Assembly (NCBI RefSeq): GCF_009834535.1
Contig: NC_045696.1
Coordinates: 1,302,001-1,366,000 of the forward strand
DNA length: 64,000 bases
Source of the DNA: Camelus ferus
Taxonomy: Eukaryota
Reading direction: 5' to 3'
This document shows, in pieces, positions 13,371-27,000 of this stretch. Made by a program: the position numbers and the translations under genes. The notes under the pieces were generated by a model. It ran no database searches. It saw only the letters and a program-made list of their open reading frames with translations, and was not told the origin of the DNA. Position 1 is the first letter of the stretch; every line of letters begins with the position of its first letter.

Positions 13371-13594
13371 CTACGTGTGAAAAACAAACAGAAAACCAAA
13401 CCTGCCAGAAGAGAGAGGAGGAAGGGGCGACAGCAGGGTAGGGAAGGCGCCCGCGTGCACCCGACGCGGCGAGGAGCTGGGAAACGGGCCAGGGTCCAAG
13501 CAACTGGTGACGCGCAGCTGCCGATGCAGGCGGCCAGCCGCCCACCGCTCCCCATGACCGCCCCTGCCCCTGTCCAGGGACGCTGCTGCATTTA

Positions 13595-14157
13595 CTAGTT
13601 TCCTCAGTCTTCCTCGTGGCTGCAGCTGGCCAGTGAGGTACACACGAAAGCATGCTGGAGGCTTCTGTTTTGATTGTTTTGTTTGGTTTTGTTTTTTTGG
13701 GGGTTTTTGGGGGGATACTTAAGTTGTTTGTTTGTTTGTTTGCTTATTTGTTTATAATGCAGGTACTGGGGATTGAACCCAGGACTCAGGCATGCTAAGC
13801 ACTCACTCTATCACTAAGCTATACCCTCCCCCAGCTGGAGGCTTCTGAAATGCCCCGGATGAAAACAACAGAAGTGGGCTGCACTGCTTGCCCCTTCCTT
13901 CCTGGTTATTGCTGCCTTGAACATAGATGTGATGGCTGGAGCTGCAGCAGCCTCACTGCAAACATGAAGGAACGATGAGAACTGCAGAGACACTGAACTG
14001 GACTCCTGATGTGGTTGTGCTCTGAACCAACTCTAGCAGAAACCTACCTTTGCATTACTTATTATGAAATAAATACATCAATAAATCCTCAGTTGTTTAA
14101 GATACTACAGGGCATGTTTTCTACTACTTTCAGCCAAAAGCACCCCTAAATGACACA
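13595..14157 (+). mobile_element. MLT1 (ERVL-MaLR) solo LTR, interrupted by the SINE
   Basis: MLT1-type motifs GATGTGATGGCTGGAGCTGCAGCAGCC, AATAAATCCTC..TTGTTTAAG and terminal CAGCCAAAAGCA..AATGACACA. Confidence 0.75.
13668..13833 (-). mobile_element. Camelid tRNA-Ala-derived SINE (Vic-1-like)
   Basis: Minus strand reads GGGGAGGGTATAGCTTAGTGATAGAG...CTTAGCATG...GGGTTCAATCCCCAGTACC plus an A-rich (AAAC)n tail. 14-bp TSD GCTGGAGGCTTCTG at 13654-13667 and 13834-13847. Confidence 0.93.
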
Positions 14158-16104
14158 GGAAAAGAAGGGAAGGCAGAAGGGTGAGTTAAATCCTCCTGTA
14201 TCTAAACTGAAGGCCAAAAGATAACATCTAAAATGTATAAATCAGAAAACTGCAAGTCTGCTACGTAGAAACAGGAAGCACAGCAGTGACTGCCTACCCG
14301 TGCCAACAGCAGAGCACCGTGCGGCCAGCCACGGAGAGTGACACCCCGGCCCCCTGCCGCCAGTCCTGGTCACGTGACACTGGGACGGAAACAGAGGCGC
14401 CACGTGGCAGCTTCTGGGAAACTTCTCAAGAGCCAGCACACAGGCGCCCTTCATGCACATGCCGGGCACCCGCCCGGCAGCGGGCAAGTTCACCCACGGC
14501 AGGCCCAACACCAGGACAGGGCCTGAGCCTTGACCGCTGAATGCCAGTAAGGCCCTGTCTGCCGGGCAGACGCTGCCAGGGCAGGGGGGCCCTTCCTCTG
14601 GGTGAAGCCCCCCACGCTGTGTCTCTGTCACCTGCAGCCAGTCCTCACACTGGCCAAGGCAGAAGCACAAATACCTATGACTCTTTAAAAACAATGCTGC
14701 CTCCGAGGAGGGTGGGGGCCGTGGACCACTGCTTGTCCCCAAGCCCTTCTAAAGTATGTGATTTGTCTGACTTGAAGGCATCACTGATGAAAACGGGGAA
14801 AAAAATAAACACATGAAAACCAAACAGGTCTGGTCTTCTCTCCCCCACCCCCATGCGCACCCCTCAGCCTGCCTCGGGCCCGCCCCCACACCCCTCCCGC
14901 GGTCGCAGCCCCTCTTGGGCCCACCAGGCTGCTGGGTCATCTCCTGCCCCTGACCCCCCGCCCCGTGCCCACCTTCCCAGGCCTCCTGCCTGGAGAACAA
15001 GCCCCCCGCCCCCACGTCCACCACAGCACCAGCAGACACCGCTGTGGTCAGTTGCTTACATCCCCTCCCCTGCCCATGAGACTGTTCCCACAGTGAGGCC
15101 ACATCTTTTCCCCAAGGCCTGCCTGGGCAGTGCTGCAGGGGCCAAAGCCCTCCGTGAGCCAAGAGATGGGCCCCTTCCTCCAAGCAGCTCTGGGCTTTAT
15201 TCTTCCAGAGCAGGACCCACAGAGCTCTCCCCATCACTGCTGCCAGCCATTGCCCACATGTGCCAGGGAGTGACGGAGAGGCCCATCGAATGCCCATCCA
15301 CATCCAAAAGGCCATCGTGGGCCATAAAATCAGGAAGGCACCCAATAGCCAGCACCCGTCCACAGCGCCCTGGGCACAGGCAAGGGTGGGTTAATAGGCG
15401 GTCAGAGGTCATCAGTGTTCCAGAATTCTCCATCTGCAGTGAGGGGCAGGGGTCTCCGGGAAACTCAGCACTCAGTGCTCTGCACTGTCCCGCAGGACAC
15501 GAAGCAGTCTACTCCCCACAAGAGGGCGCTGCTGTCCGACCCGGCCAGTCCCCTCCGGGGGACACTGCACACGGGGAACGGGGCGGGCACTGGCTTGTCC
15601 TGCGTCCACAGAGGAACCACCTGCCAGCCTCACAGCGGCTGCCCCCTTGCCTTGTACTTAGTCACGACCGGAACACAAAGCAGCTGGAAGCAAGTTCCCA
15701 GCCGACTTCTAAGAACAGCAGACACAATTTTGCATCGAGCATCGCACAGGCAATGGAATTTTTATTTACTCAGGTCATACTTTTGAGGTTAACTGTGCAC
15801 CATTTTGTCCCTTTGGACACTTAAAGCCACAACACATGAGAACTGGGAATACAACCACTTTTTAGAAACTTTTCAAATTTGATGCTGTTAAACCAAGTTT
15901 TACTCCCAATAATTTTTCAATTTTTTGAACGGCAGACAATCCGAAATCACCAGCTTCCTGTGGTTCCACTTCTGCTGGTTTCCTGGGCCCCCGTGGCCAG
16001 CGCCCCCAGCAGGGGTGTGGAGGGGAGGCAAGTGAGGCCCAGGGGCTGCTGTAGCGGGACCCCCCCCCCCGGGTCCTCTGCAATGCACCAGCGCCGTCTG
16101 TCCA

Positions 16105-16170
16105 GTCCCACCCTTGTCCCTGAGGCCCCACAGTGCTCAGCACATGTCTGTTGCATGAATGAAAGAGTGG
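16105..16170 (+). mobile_element. L2 3' end fragment
   Basis: GTGCTCAGCACATGTCTGTTGCATGAATGAA is an L2-type tail. Confidence 0.5.
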
Positions 16171-19100
16171 GTCCAGAATGCCACCCAGACCTTTCCTGAA
16201 AGTTGCTGCAGGATCTAAGAAGCAGAATTCCTATGGGATGAGCCCCAAGCTCAGGGGCCCGCATGGCCGCATACCCTGCTCACCAGCTCCACGCCACCCT
16301 CCTCCAACCAGGCGTCTGTAGCCTCACCTGGGGAGTTCCCTGCTGTCTCAGTCTAGGCCTAGGGGCTGAGGAAGGCTGTTCGGGCCGACTGTTGAAGGGG
16401 AGGTGCCCCCGTTTACGCAGAACATTCCAGGAGGCCAGAATCCTCAGCTGTCCCCAACCAGGGGCGCAGAGGAGGAGGCCAGGGCCAGACCACAGCCTGG
16501 GGTCAGACCCCCAGAGGGTCGTCACGGCACTGCCCACCTGGCAGCCTGGCTGGGGAGCAAGTGGGAGGGGACGCCTCTTGTCGAACTGACGCCGAGGAGC
16601 CAGGCCAGGTGACACAGGGACACCTCCTCGGGGCAATGACTCGTGCCAGAAAAACACACTGAGGATCACTTCTCAGCCTTAGTTTTACGACCCTCAGGGA
16701 TGCTCATAAGCTGAAGTGTCATCTGTGCCCAGAGCTCGCTTTGGCCGGCGATCACAGGGCCGCCCCACCGCGCAGGCCATTGGTGCCCCTGCAGCGACGC
16801 CCCCCCTCGCAGCCGTCCGCGCACCCGGGAGCCCTCCACCCGCGGGGCCCCGAGTGGTGTCCTTCAGCTGGAGGACAGCGTGGGACACCCAGCAGGCCCC
16901 CGTGTGGACCTCGCACCACCCCATCCCCGACAGCCCCGCCCTGCCACTGGGTCCAGTCAGCCAAGCCCTCAGGCTTCCAGGGAGCCCATCCCAGACCAGC
17001 CCAGGCAGTGGCCGCAGGGGGCAGCCGGGGTGGCCACACAGGGAAGTAAATGGTCTGGTCACTGCAGGGCTAGGGCTCTCCGGCACCGTGTGGGGAGAAG
17101 GCAGGGCATGGGACAGGCAGGACCGTCCCACAAAGATCTGTCTTGCTGAAGGACTCCGACAGAGAGGTTCACGGTCACTCACAGAAGCCCAGACCCCCTG
17201 TTTCATGTATGATCACAACCTTCCCCACACCCACCGCTCAGAAATGCGACGACCATGTTGAGGGAGAGGGCTGGGCCCTGCGTCTCTGGGGGCGAACCCA
17301 GGAGCAGAACACGTCCCACCCAGCCTACACACGTGGTTCGTGCCACCCGCTCGGCGCCCCGTGTCCACTGCACCACAGGGCCCACTGAGAGTACCGACCC
17401 GAGTGTCCACGTGCCAACAAGGGAGCTGCTTCCTCCGCAGTCTTACGTTCTCTTTATCGCCTGCCGATACGGTTACAGTTACATGAGGTGGTCTCTGCCA
17501 CGATTTTGCTTCAGAATAAAAGGGAATTAACAAACATTTGTATAAAGAGAAGGTGGGGAGGGGGCAACAACGAGGGTCGCTAAGGAAAAGCCTCAGAGCC
17601 TGAGCAGCAGGCGGAGCTCCCCTGGGTCCCTCTCAAAATCTGAGCAGCTGAGGAGGCGCTGCAGGAACCCCACTGCACAGCCCGAGATGCCCGGTCTCAG
17701 AAGACACGCTCCCGTGGAAGACTCAGCAAACAGCTTCCACCTCTGCAAGCGGTGAGCGAGGCAAAGGCCGCAGCCATGCGGGAGGACAGGGCCGCCCTGC
17801 AGCGCGCCTGCGGCCTGCGGGCCGGGGGGCAAACGGCTGCCATGAATGCTTCCACCAGGAAAGGCTTTTTTAGCCCTAAACTTTCAAGTTTCCTTTTTTC
17901 AAATCACCCTGAAAAAAAGACTGATGCATCAGACTCTGGATGCCAAAATCGCTCTCATTTCATGAAATCAACACAAAATTTCTATTCTGCAGCTAACACC
18001 TATCAGCGAGCAGCAGGAGACCTGATTCTGGACGTTGTAACACTGGACGATCCCCAGCCCTTCCCGCACACCTGCTGCCTGCGTGCAAAAACGAAAAGAA
18101 AGATGAAGATCAAGCAAAACCTCTTCTAAAGGTCTCCCGGGGACCAGGTAGGTGCCTGACATCCCTGATGTTTACAGACACAGAAATGACTGACAGGAGG
18201 GGGCTTTCCGGGCACAACTCAAAGCCGAGGACGCACGGTGGCACGGCACCCGAGGGGCCGGGGAGGCCAGGCTCGCGTCAGCCCCACGCGGGGAGCGGAC
18301 AGGGACACCCCCGCGCCCTCCGCACGCAGCAGCCCCGGCGGCCACTTCCTCACACGCTTCCCCACGAGGCAACCTCCCCAGGCTGCTCAGAGCTCGGGTC
18401 TCTGAGTTAGTCACTCTCGGGCCGTACACTGGCCCTGCATCACACCAACCACCGGGACTGGGACGTTCGCCTCGACTTCTCCCAAAAGCAGACGCTCAGT
18501 CAGGAAACGGTCACCAAGGAAGAGACTCAAGAAACTTCCTTTGAACCATCCCAGGAAGTAACTAACGGTAGAGGCTTCACAGCGAGTGGAGCACAGCGCC
18601 CGGCCTGCGGCGCCGCCCCGAGCAGCGCCCCCCCCCCCCCACCGACCCCGGGCAGCAGCCGAGGGTGGGGGGGACCGCAGGGACGGGCGGGGCCCAGGCC
18701 ACGGAGACCACGAGCCGAGCGGCTCACGGTAACAAAGCGCCTCCGCCGGCAGTCGGCTCGGCCAGCGAGAGGCTCACCTAGCGGCTTACACCAGACGGAA
18801 GGGTGTCCATCAGCCCGGCGCCAGCGCGCCTTCACGGGTTCCACGCTCACCTGGAAGCGGGCCTCGCGTGCGCCGGGGGCCGCGGTGATGTCAGCGGGGC
18901 CCTCCAGCCCCGGCTCGGCCTCCACGCCCCGCGAGGGGCTCGCTCTGTAACAGGGAGACTCAATGACTTCACGTTAATTCAACTCAAGAGCAAAGCCCTT
19001 TCACCATTCCAGAAGTTAGTTCCGACAATAAATAATCTTAATTAAAAGTCCTCTCCTAAGTGAGTTCCGATCCTTTAGCGTAGCCTCCTGATTTTTAAGG

Positions 19101-20459
19101 CAGACCCTCGACAATCAGTCACGCCTTCACACACCGCGACAGCAGGCGCAGGCGTGTCACCACGACCAGGTCTTTGCTCGCCAACTCCTGAGCGCAAACC
19201 AGCGCCGGCCCGCTCACGGGGGGACGAGACCTCCGGCAAAACCCTGAACGTACCGATCTTCCGAGAAACAAAAGGGCACACGCACAGGCCTGCGCACACG
19301 CATGTGTACAAGTGGGGACAGATCCAGGGCGCAGCCTCGGCCCCTTCCCTGCCCCTTCCCAACCGGGCAGAGGGCGGAGGGCAGAGGCCCCTGGGGGTCC
19401 GGAGGCCGGGACGGAGACAACGCGCTCATGTCATTTCCTCCCGCTGGCAGGACGACCTCAACACACTAATACGCCTACAAAACCTAGAAACAAAATGCTG
19501 TGTTTTCTTTATGAACCGATACACAAAGTCTGCATTGGGTTTCTCGGGGCAGAGCGCTGGCTCGTCTGCAGGAGGAAGCAGTGGGTCCGGGGTGCCCAGA
19601 ACGCTGAGGCTGGAGCGCAGACCCCGGGTCCCCGGGGACCTCCCTGCTGTCCCCGTCACAGTGGCAGGTCCTCGGGGTGAGAGCCCCGGCGCTGAGCCCT
19701 CTTGTACCCCAAGGCTAAGACTTGCTCAGACACCCCTGGGACGCATGTCAGCAGGGCTGTGAGAAAAACATTTAAACCTTAAAAACTGAAAGACTGCGTG
19801 CTGAAATGTGTGGCCTGCAGATAAAGCAGCACCGCAGAGGGAAATGCGCAGCCTTGATGCTCGCACCAGAAGAACGTCCACGAGCCCCTGCGGTAAGTCG
19901 GCGAAAGGGGAGGACAAGCCCAAAGGAAACGGAAGAAAGAAAACAAGAAGCTACCCTTGCATTACTCACACACAACAGCAGGCACACGAGGGCGCAAGCA
20001 AGCAAGCACAGCACGGCGGGCCAACCCCCGACACACGGAGAAGGCCCAAGTTAGCCGTGGGACTGGAAAAGGTCAGCGGAGGACTGGGCTGTCGCCGTGA
20101 CGTGACCCGCCATCGGGTGCGGCGGGCCCCCGGCACCCCTGGGAGACCCGGCGGGCTCTGGGAACCCGCGATGGGTCCCCGGAGGGCCTGCACCTGCGGA
20201 GGCTGTCGGCCCGGGAGGCTGTCCCGGGGGGCGGCCGACACAGTCAGCCACCCCGGGACCCTGACCCCGCTGTGCGGGAGGCCGAGCAGCTCTGCAGAGA
20301 GGATGCTGGGCTGGCCCGGGCGGGTGCCTGCCGTGCCACGCAAGAAGCCTCCTCAGGCGGACGGGGACAGAACCGCAGAGCCCAGCCGTGGGCCTGAACG
20401 ACGCTCCAACAGAGAGAGTCACCACTTCTAACTCCGACAGCACCGAAAATGTAGTAAGA

Positions 20460-20680
20460 GGGTACTAGGAATTTTATTCCAAAAACGTTGTAAACTTAGG
20501 AAAAATGAGCAAATTCCAAGAAAAATACAGCTCGTCAAGCCGACGCGGGAAGAAATAGAGACTCCGGCTGCGCTTCAAACACTGAAGAACCGGAATCAGG
20601 AGACAAAACCAAGGCACAAAGAGCGCCCCACGCCTGGATGGCTCCTCCAGAAGCTCCACCTGACATTCGACATGAACACG
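20460..20680 (+). mobile_element. Old L1M ORF2 remnant
   Basis: AAAATGAGCAAATTCCAAGAAAAATACAGC...GAAGAAATAGAGA...CCTGGATGGCT resembles the L1 ORF2 region encoding EMDKFLEKYNL...EEIENL...PGPDGF. Confidence 0.6.
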
Positions 20681-20977
20681 CCTGTCAGGAGCGTGAGGAC
20701 GGCAGGGCGGGGGCCCCTTCCCGGCGGCGCCCCCCACCACGGGCGGGCGCCGGGCACGTGCCTACCGCACCTCAGAAAGCTGCTTTTAAAACCACTCCTT
20801 CATCTCATATTTTAAAACCCCTCTCCTTATTTTTTGAAGTCAATTAGTGAATATTACTAGAAATATTTTTATGACCTGAAGGAAATGTTATTTCTTCAAA
20901 CTTTCAACAGTCCAATGCTTCATGGGAAATTAAAGTTTTGTTGCAAACATTGCAGCAACTTGTGAAACAGGCAGGGG

Positions 20978-21050
20978 GGACAGAGACAGAGACAGAGAGA
21001 CAGAGGGGGGACAGAGACAAGAGGAGCAGAGACAGAGAGGGCACAGAGCA
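20978..21050 (+). repeat. (GACAGA)n low-complexity repeat
   Basis: gacagagacagagacagagagacagag... Confidence 0.8.
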
Positions 21051-24000
21051 AACAGGGCGCTGTCACCGCCAGCACTGAGGAGCAGGGCTCCGCTCCTGCC
21101 CGCCTGGCGCTTAGGTCTGGAAGGGTCCGCGGCACTGAAGGCAGTGTCCGCATTACCCCATCCCAGAAACAGCGTGTCAGCCCCGGGCACAGGGAGACAG
21201 CCCCAGCCTCAGGACGGCAGGTGGGGAGGGGCGGATAAGAGCGCGTGGGGGCGCTCCCTGATCTCGGCTGCTGTTCCCCTGGGGACACCTGTGTGCCCTC
21301 CGGCCAGATACGTCCGACCACCCAGGAGGCCAGCAGGGGAGCAGAAGCGGTGCCTCTGCCACGGGGAGCACGAGGCCGTGCAGCCGGCTAAGTGAGGCCT
21401 GGTTCCCCCATCACCGCTGCCCACGAACAGGACCCAACCCCGCAGACGTGAGGGCCCCGGCCACGGCCCCCCAACAGGACAGCCAGGCAAAACCCGGCAT
21501 CTTCCACACGCAAAAGGCAACGAGGACGGGGAGTGAGAGGAAGAAGGGCAGCGGTGAGAGGACGAGCCGGGGCGTCTGTAAGGGAGCGGGGGTGGGGCCG
21601 GGGGCCCCCGCGCGGCCCTGGGGCTGACGGGCTGAAAGGCTGAGAACAGCGCTGATGCGCGAACTTCCCTGAGGACCCGTGTCCTGGACGGACGCGGCCG
21701 CCGGCCTCTACCGCCACATCCCCACGTCCCAGAAACCTGTGGCGTCGCCAGCTGCTTTGACCACACGCGTGTCAAACTGACACACTTCCAGCAGCTCTTC
21801 ACCCAAATCTAAGCAAATGTGAGCTCTGTATTCCTTGGTTAACGTCGTGATCTAAAAAGCGTCCAGTAAGGCTATTTACCAAACGCTCCAGCAGAATCCC
21901 CGCTGCAGGGAGGTCAGCGGTCTAGACAGGAAGAACCTTCCAGCTTTCTGACAGAAGCTTCTCGACTCTGTCTCCGAGCTCTCTCAGGTAAGAGTGCTCT
22001 TCCGCTCCCGCGGTCAGGGGAGCAGAGAGAGGGAAGGGGGTCCTGGAGGGGAGCCTGGCCAGCTCGGCGGGGGGCGGGGAGGCCGGCCCCCCACCCCCAG
22101 GTGAAGACACAAGAGCCGCTGTAAACTCAGACACCCAGAGCACAGGCAGCCCGGGCCGGAGGCCGCGGGGAGACCCCCACCCCCGCGGGGGTGAGGAGGG
22201 GCAGGGGACCCAGACCTCGGCGGGCGGAGGCCCTTCCACAGGCAGAGAAGGCAGACGTTCCAAATGACGCCTCACGTGGCTTGCCACCAGCAGACCCTTG
22301 CTGGGATCCCCCTCAGAGGAAGGACGGGGACCTGGGAGAGAGCAGAGGACCAGCAAACAGTGGAGACACAAGCGGGCGGCCTGAGGATGGCTGACCGTGG
22401 GGACAGACGCGGGTCCCACAGGCTGGTCAGGCAGGAGCAGCAGGGAGCCCTCCCCGCTGCGTAGGACCCTGGTGACCCTGGTGACCCTGGAAGTAAGCCT
22501 GTCAAGGACATCACAGGGGTCAAAACCCGGGGCCAACCTCTCCCGCACACAGAGACAAAAACGTCACGGCCGAAACGCGGGCAAGTGCAAACCCAGCATG
22601 CGGAGAGGGCAGCGCCCCTCGGCCCGGGTCGGCAGGCGCGGCGGGCGGAGCTCTGCGGGGGACCCAGGGCCACCCCCACGGGGACACTGCCCACCAGGGC
22701 TCAAGTCAGCCTCCTCGGCCATTCGAATCGGCACTTTCCTAATGTGCACTTTTCTAAAAACCACACTTACTGGTGGAAAATAACTGAAAACCGAGGGCAA
22801 GAAGGAGAGAAGCTGACAGAAGGAAAAGCGATGCTTTGGCCGCTCAGGAAAGTAGAGCCCAAGTGCCCCAGGGTCCCTCCACCTCCCTCCCCGGGGGGGC
22901 GACAGGGCTCAGACGGCGCACCCGAGCCACAGGGACGGTGTCTCAGGAGACCCGTACGCCCACCGGGAGGTCGTGGGAGGAGGCACAGGAAAGGGCAGGA
23001 GGTGGGTGCCCGGCTGTGCAGGCCCCGCTCTCCGCCCCGACGCCGGGAGGACCCCTGCCCGGGCGCCACGCCGGGAAACGGCCGCCCACACTCGTGCCAG
23101 AGCAGGGCTCCCTGCGGGCCCCAGGCCCATGCAAACGGTGAAGGGCACAGCAAAGGGTGTGTCTGTGTGTCCAGGCGCATCTTTCTAGCACAGTGGACAG
23201 AGCTGTTCTCAGATGCTCAAAAGAGCACACAGGTTTGAGCGAGGGGCCGACCCCACACTCAGGCCCTCGTGGCAATGAACCAACAAACGGCAGCGTTTTT
23301 CTTTTTCCAATGCAACTTTTAGTCAGTGGTAACTGAGAAAGCGAGTTCTGACGGCACACTAAAGTTTGTGGGCGTGACCGAGCCTGCAGAGGCCAATCCC
23401 CCCCCTCCCCCAGCAGCAGGGCTCCCGCGCACAGCCGCAGGGCGCACGTGCCCGCGGCTCAGGAAGGAAGGGCTCGCTACCAACGACGGCTTTCAAGTGT
23501 CGTGGATTTCAGGTTCCTGCTTTTAATCATTCTATGTCAGCTTTGTTTTATCATTTCTCATTAGTTTAACTATGGCCTGTTTGTGTACACAGGGATGAAA
23601 ATTTTGTCAGTTTTTTGAAACATAACTTTTCAATAACTAAACTTATCCAGTAGCATAAGTCATCTCCAACTTTACTGCAAAACAGACACTAGAACCACCC
23701 TGAATTTTGATGAGGTAGAGACAGCTCATGAACTAGCGATGCACTGACTCACAGCACGTGGAATTTAACTAACTCGCAGCAGGCTGTCAACGTAAGTGTA
23801 ACAAAATACCCAGCTATCTGTAAGCTCGGGGGCGCTCTTACATGACAAAGGATTTATTTATGCTGCCGACAGACTGACTGGAGCTGGTTCACTAATTTCT
23901 TGCCAACTCTTTGATAACGTCGAGCAACTTTTCCAGTGGAAAGAAAGAACCACCGTTAAAAACGCTCAAGGTACAGAATCCTGACCCCAACAGTGACCTG

Positions 24001-27000
24001 AAAAGGCTCTTAAGCGAGCGTGGTGGTAAAGCGCCCGCCTGCTCTGCTCCCTCCCCGAGGCCCCTGTTCCGGGTCAGAAGAAGAACCTTCTGGCAGAGGA
24101 TGAGTTGCAACAGCACCAGAGTCACCCGGGCTCGGCAGCACGGGGAGGCCAGGAGTCAGGGCAGGGGGCGAGGGGGCAGACCGAGGGAGCAGAGGAACCC
24201 GGCACAGACGACGGGGCCGGGGGGACTGTGACTTGAGAGCCACTCTGGAAGACAGTCTGAGCTTTTCCAACAGGGCCATGTGGGCTGGAGCCGCGCCCCA
24301 GGGCGAGAGGACCCAGAGCAGGCCGGCAGCGCTGGAGGCCACGGTGGGAGGAGGGGGAGGGGAGTCACTTGCAAAGAACAAGGGAGGGCTGACATCCGAC
24401 TCCCCGTCAGCAGCACTAGACTCTGGAAAAGGGCAGAAATACTTTCCGAGTTGTGTGAACCTAGATACTAGGGGAAATTGCACGAACCTGGAATTCGAGA
24501 CGCAGCCAATCGCCAGTCAAGCAGGGCAACAGGACGACAGCACGTTTGAACACGGCAGCGGGAGCCCTGGAAGCCTCCCAGCCTCGTGCTCCGTAAGGAA
24601 GTGGATTAGGAGGTGCTCCCGCAACACAAAAGCGGAATTTAAGAAACGAACATCGCGGGGGGTGAGCAACCAGGCGGCTGAAGCAGCACAGACACCAGGA
24701 GGCAACTCGGGAGGCTCCGTCTGAACGCTCCCTTTCCTGGCATGAGCTTCCGGGTGCAGTCGCAGCTCTGCCTTCTCCAGCGGCACTGCGTGGTCCCGCA
24801 GTGAGATGCGCTCCTGTTCTCGTAACGTCGCTTTCCTCACGTTAACACTTTCAGACTAAAGCTTCAGAGAGGAGCATGAAAAAGCCTAATGACAGATGAG
24901 AAACAGACCACAGGTGTTTTCAACCTTGTCCATATGAATCTAAAACCGTGACTCGTAAAAGCCAAGGGCAGGAGAGATGCTACGTGCTGACTCCCCCACG
25001 TGACCACGGGACCGCCAAGGAGGGCGCGACACCAGACGGAGAGACGCAGACTGTTAGGCGCTCGCCTCCGGGGAGAGCGGGGAGAGAGAAGGGACCTGGA
25101 ACTTCATTCTCGCGCATCGAGGGGCCCGAATATGCTTTATACCACGTGCTGATATCACGCCAAGTTTTTAATGCCCTTTCGAGAGGCACCCTTGTCAGTG
25201 GGGACTTACTACACCCCCGCAGTGTGTCCGCAGGACAGAACAGCACGCTCTCCTCATGACAAGTGAAGTGGGTGAGAACGTTACATGATTTACAGAAAAC
25301 CAGGGGTTTAAAACTGCTTTTAACTGTGACGGAGAAAAGATAAAATGTGTCAGTCCCGTGAGGAGGGAGGTGCCTGCACCAACGGTCCGCAGTGCAGTGG
25401 AAAAGGCGCGTGACAGGAGCCCGTGTGTGACACACGCACGCCAGAAATCCCGCGCCTGTCCCGGCGGCCCGCGCGCAGGACAGACGCCCACAGGGCAGCA
25501 GCCCCTCCGGGGCTCTCCTGCGCGCACCACACACAGCAGTGTCGCCCGCCTGGAACGGGCGCCCGGCGTCCGGGGACAGCCTCCCTGGGAAGGCAAAAGG
25601 GCGGCGGGCCTCCCGCCCCCTGGAGACTGCGGCTGGGACCAGGGCCGCACGGGAGCCACCTCCTTCTCCTGCGTCCTCCGTCCTGGAGGGAGAAGTCCAA
25701 GAAGCGCAGCCGTGCTGCCTGCCGTCATGGCGTCATCAGAGTGTGGACAGAAAACAGCGTCACTGAAGTCTTTGCTAAATGTCATTACACGGTGAAAACC
25801 AAAATGTAAACCACTTCCCCAGTTGCTGTTGTTAATTTGTACCACATCTTGTTCCAAAGACCTCAGAGGCCTGCAGACACACACAAACAGCAGCCTATCA
25901 GCTACGTTAAGGGAAAAAATAAAACACATACACGTGTGAGAAGACTCAGAGGAAACATACAGAGCGTCTCCAACAGCCGCCACCCGGCCGCGGGGCCGCC
26001 GGCCTCCTTTCTCCCGGCGCTGCGTCTCTGCAAAGCACACACGGCCCACGATGAGCACACTGTGGTTTTGAAGAAAACATAAAATCTTATTTGAAAGACA
26101 CTCAGAAATGCAAGAAATGTTCTTCACAGACGGCAGTGGAGGCAAAGGTCCGGCCCGCCCCGCTCCCTGGACGAAGCCAGCTCCCAGACCGATCCTGTTT
26201 GTGAGACAGAATGGGCTCAAACAGGCAGCTGTTCCCGTGCTCAACCCGCGAACTCTGTCCTGGGGACACCGAGGGACGTGGGCGGACATCCCTGGCCGCC
26301 CTCCCGGCGCCCGGCGCCCGCCCCTTGCGGAGGGTGAAAGCACGGCACGCCGTCCTCACGCAGGGAGGCGACAAAGGCGAAGTCATCCCGGTAACAGATG
26401 CCCATCTCTGCAGCTTTCAGCCTCGCAGGAAACAACAAATTCCCTTAAAGGACAAGTCACGCCCCGAGTGCTCAAGCTGACGGGCGTCCGCGCCCTGGAC
26501 TCCAGGTGAGGCACGGGCCGCCCCGGACGAGGTCGCGGCCCCCGGGCTCAGTCCCGCGACGCTGAGTGTTAGGTAGCAGGACACATGCGGGACTTCTGGC
26601 GCAAACATGCCGCGCCTGCTTCACGGAGCAAAGCAGACAAGGCCACGACTTCTGCAGAAAACCTCGGGCTAACTGACACAAATTAAAAAAGATGTCTCAG
26701 CTATTACACCTCAGAGTGAACACGTGAAGTTCAAAACCCAAGGACCCAGGACGGGGGCTGGTGTCCACGCACAGGAAGTCAGCACCCAAATGCCAACGGG
26801 GCTGGGGCGGCGCGCAGAGAGCGCCAGCCGCCCACTGTGACCTCCATGACCTCCAGCGAGGACACCAGTGCGGCACAGCCGTCACCTGCTCACGGCCCCC
26901 CGTCACTCACGCCGGGCCAACAGCCGGCCAGAGGACTCGAGTGGACCGCTTCCCTGACCACCAACAGATGAGACCAAATAACCAAACCACGCAGCTCTGC

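Noticed and set aside
13755..13832. tRNA-Ala-like sequence (also at 54645-54722)
   Set aside because: A-rich tails, TSDs and disrupted stems show these are SINEs, not tRNA genes.
14853..15824. 323-aa + strand ORF
   Set aside because: Pro-rich translation of C-rich intron, antisense to the inferred gene, with no domain.
17008..17026. CTCF-like GCCGCAGGGGGCAGC
   Set aside because: Mismatches at the 5' core positions, and such matches are frequent in GC-rich DNA.
25195..26343. 382-aa - strand ORF
   Set aside because: No homology that I recognise and no exon-like boundaries; composition follows local base content.
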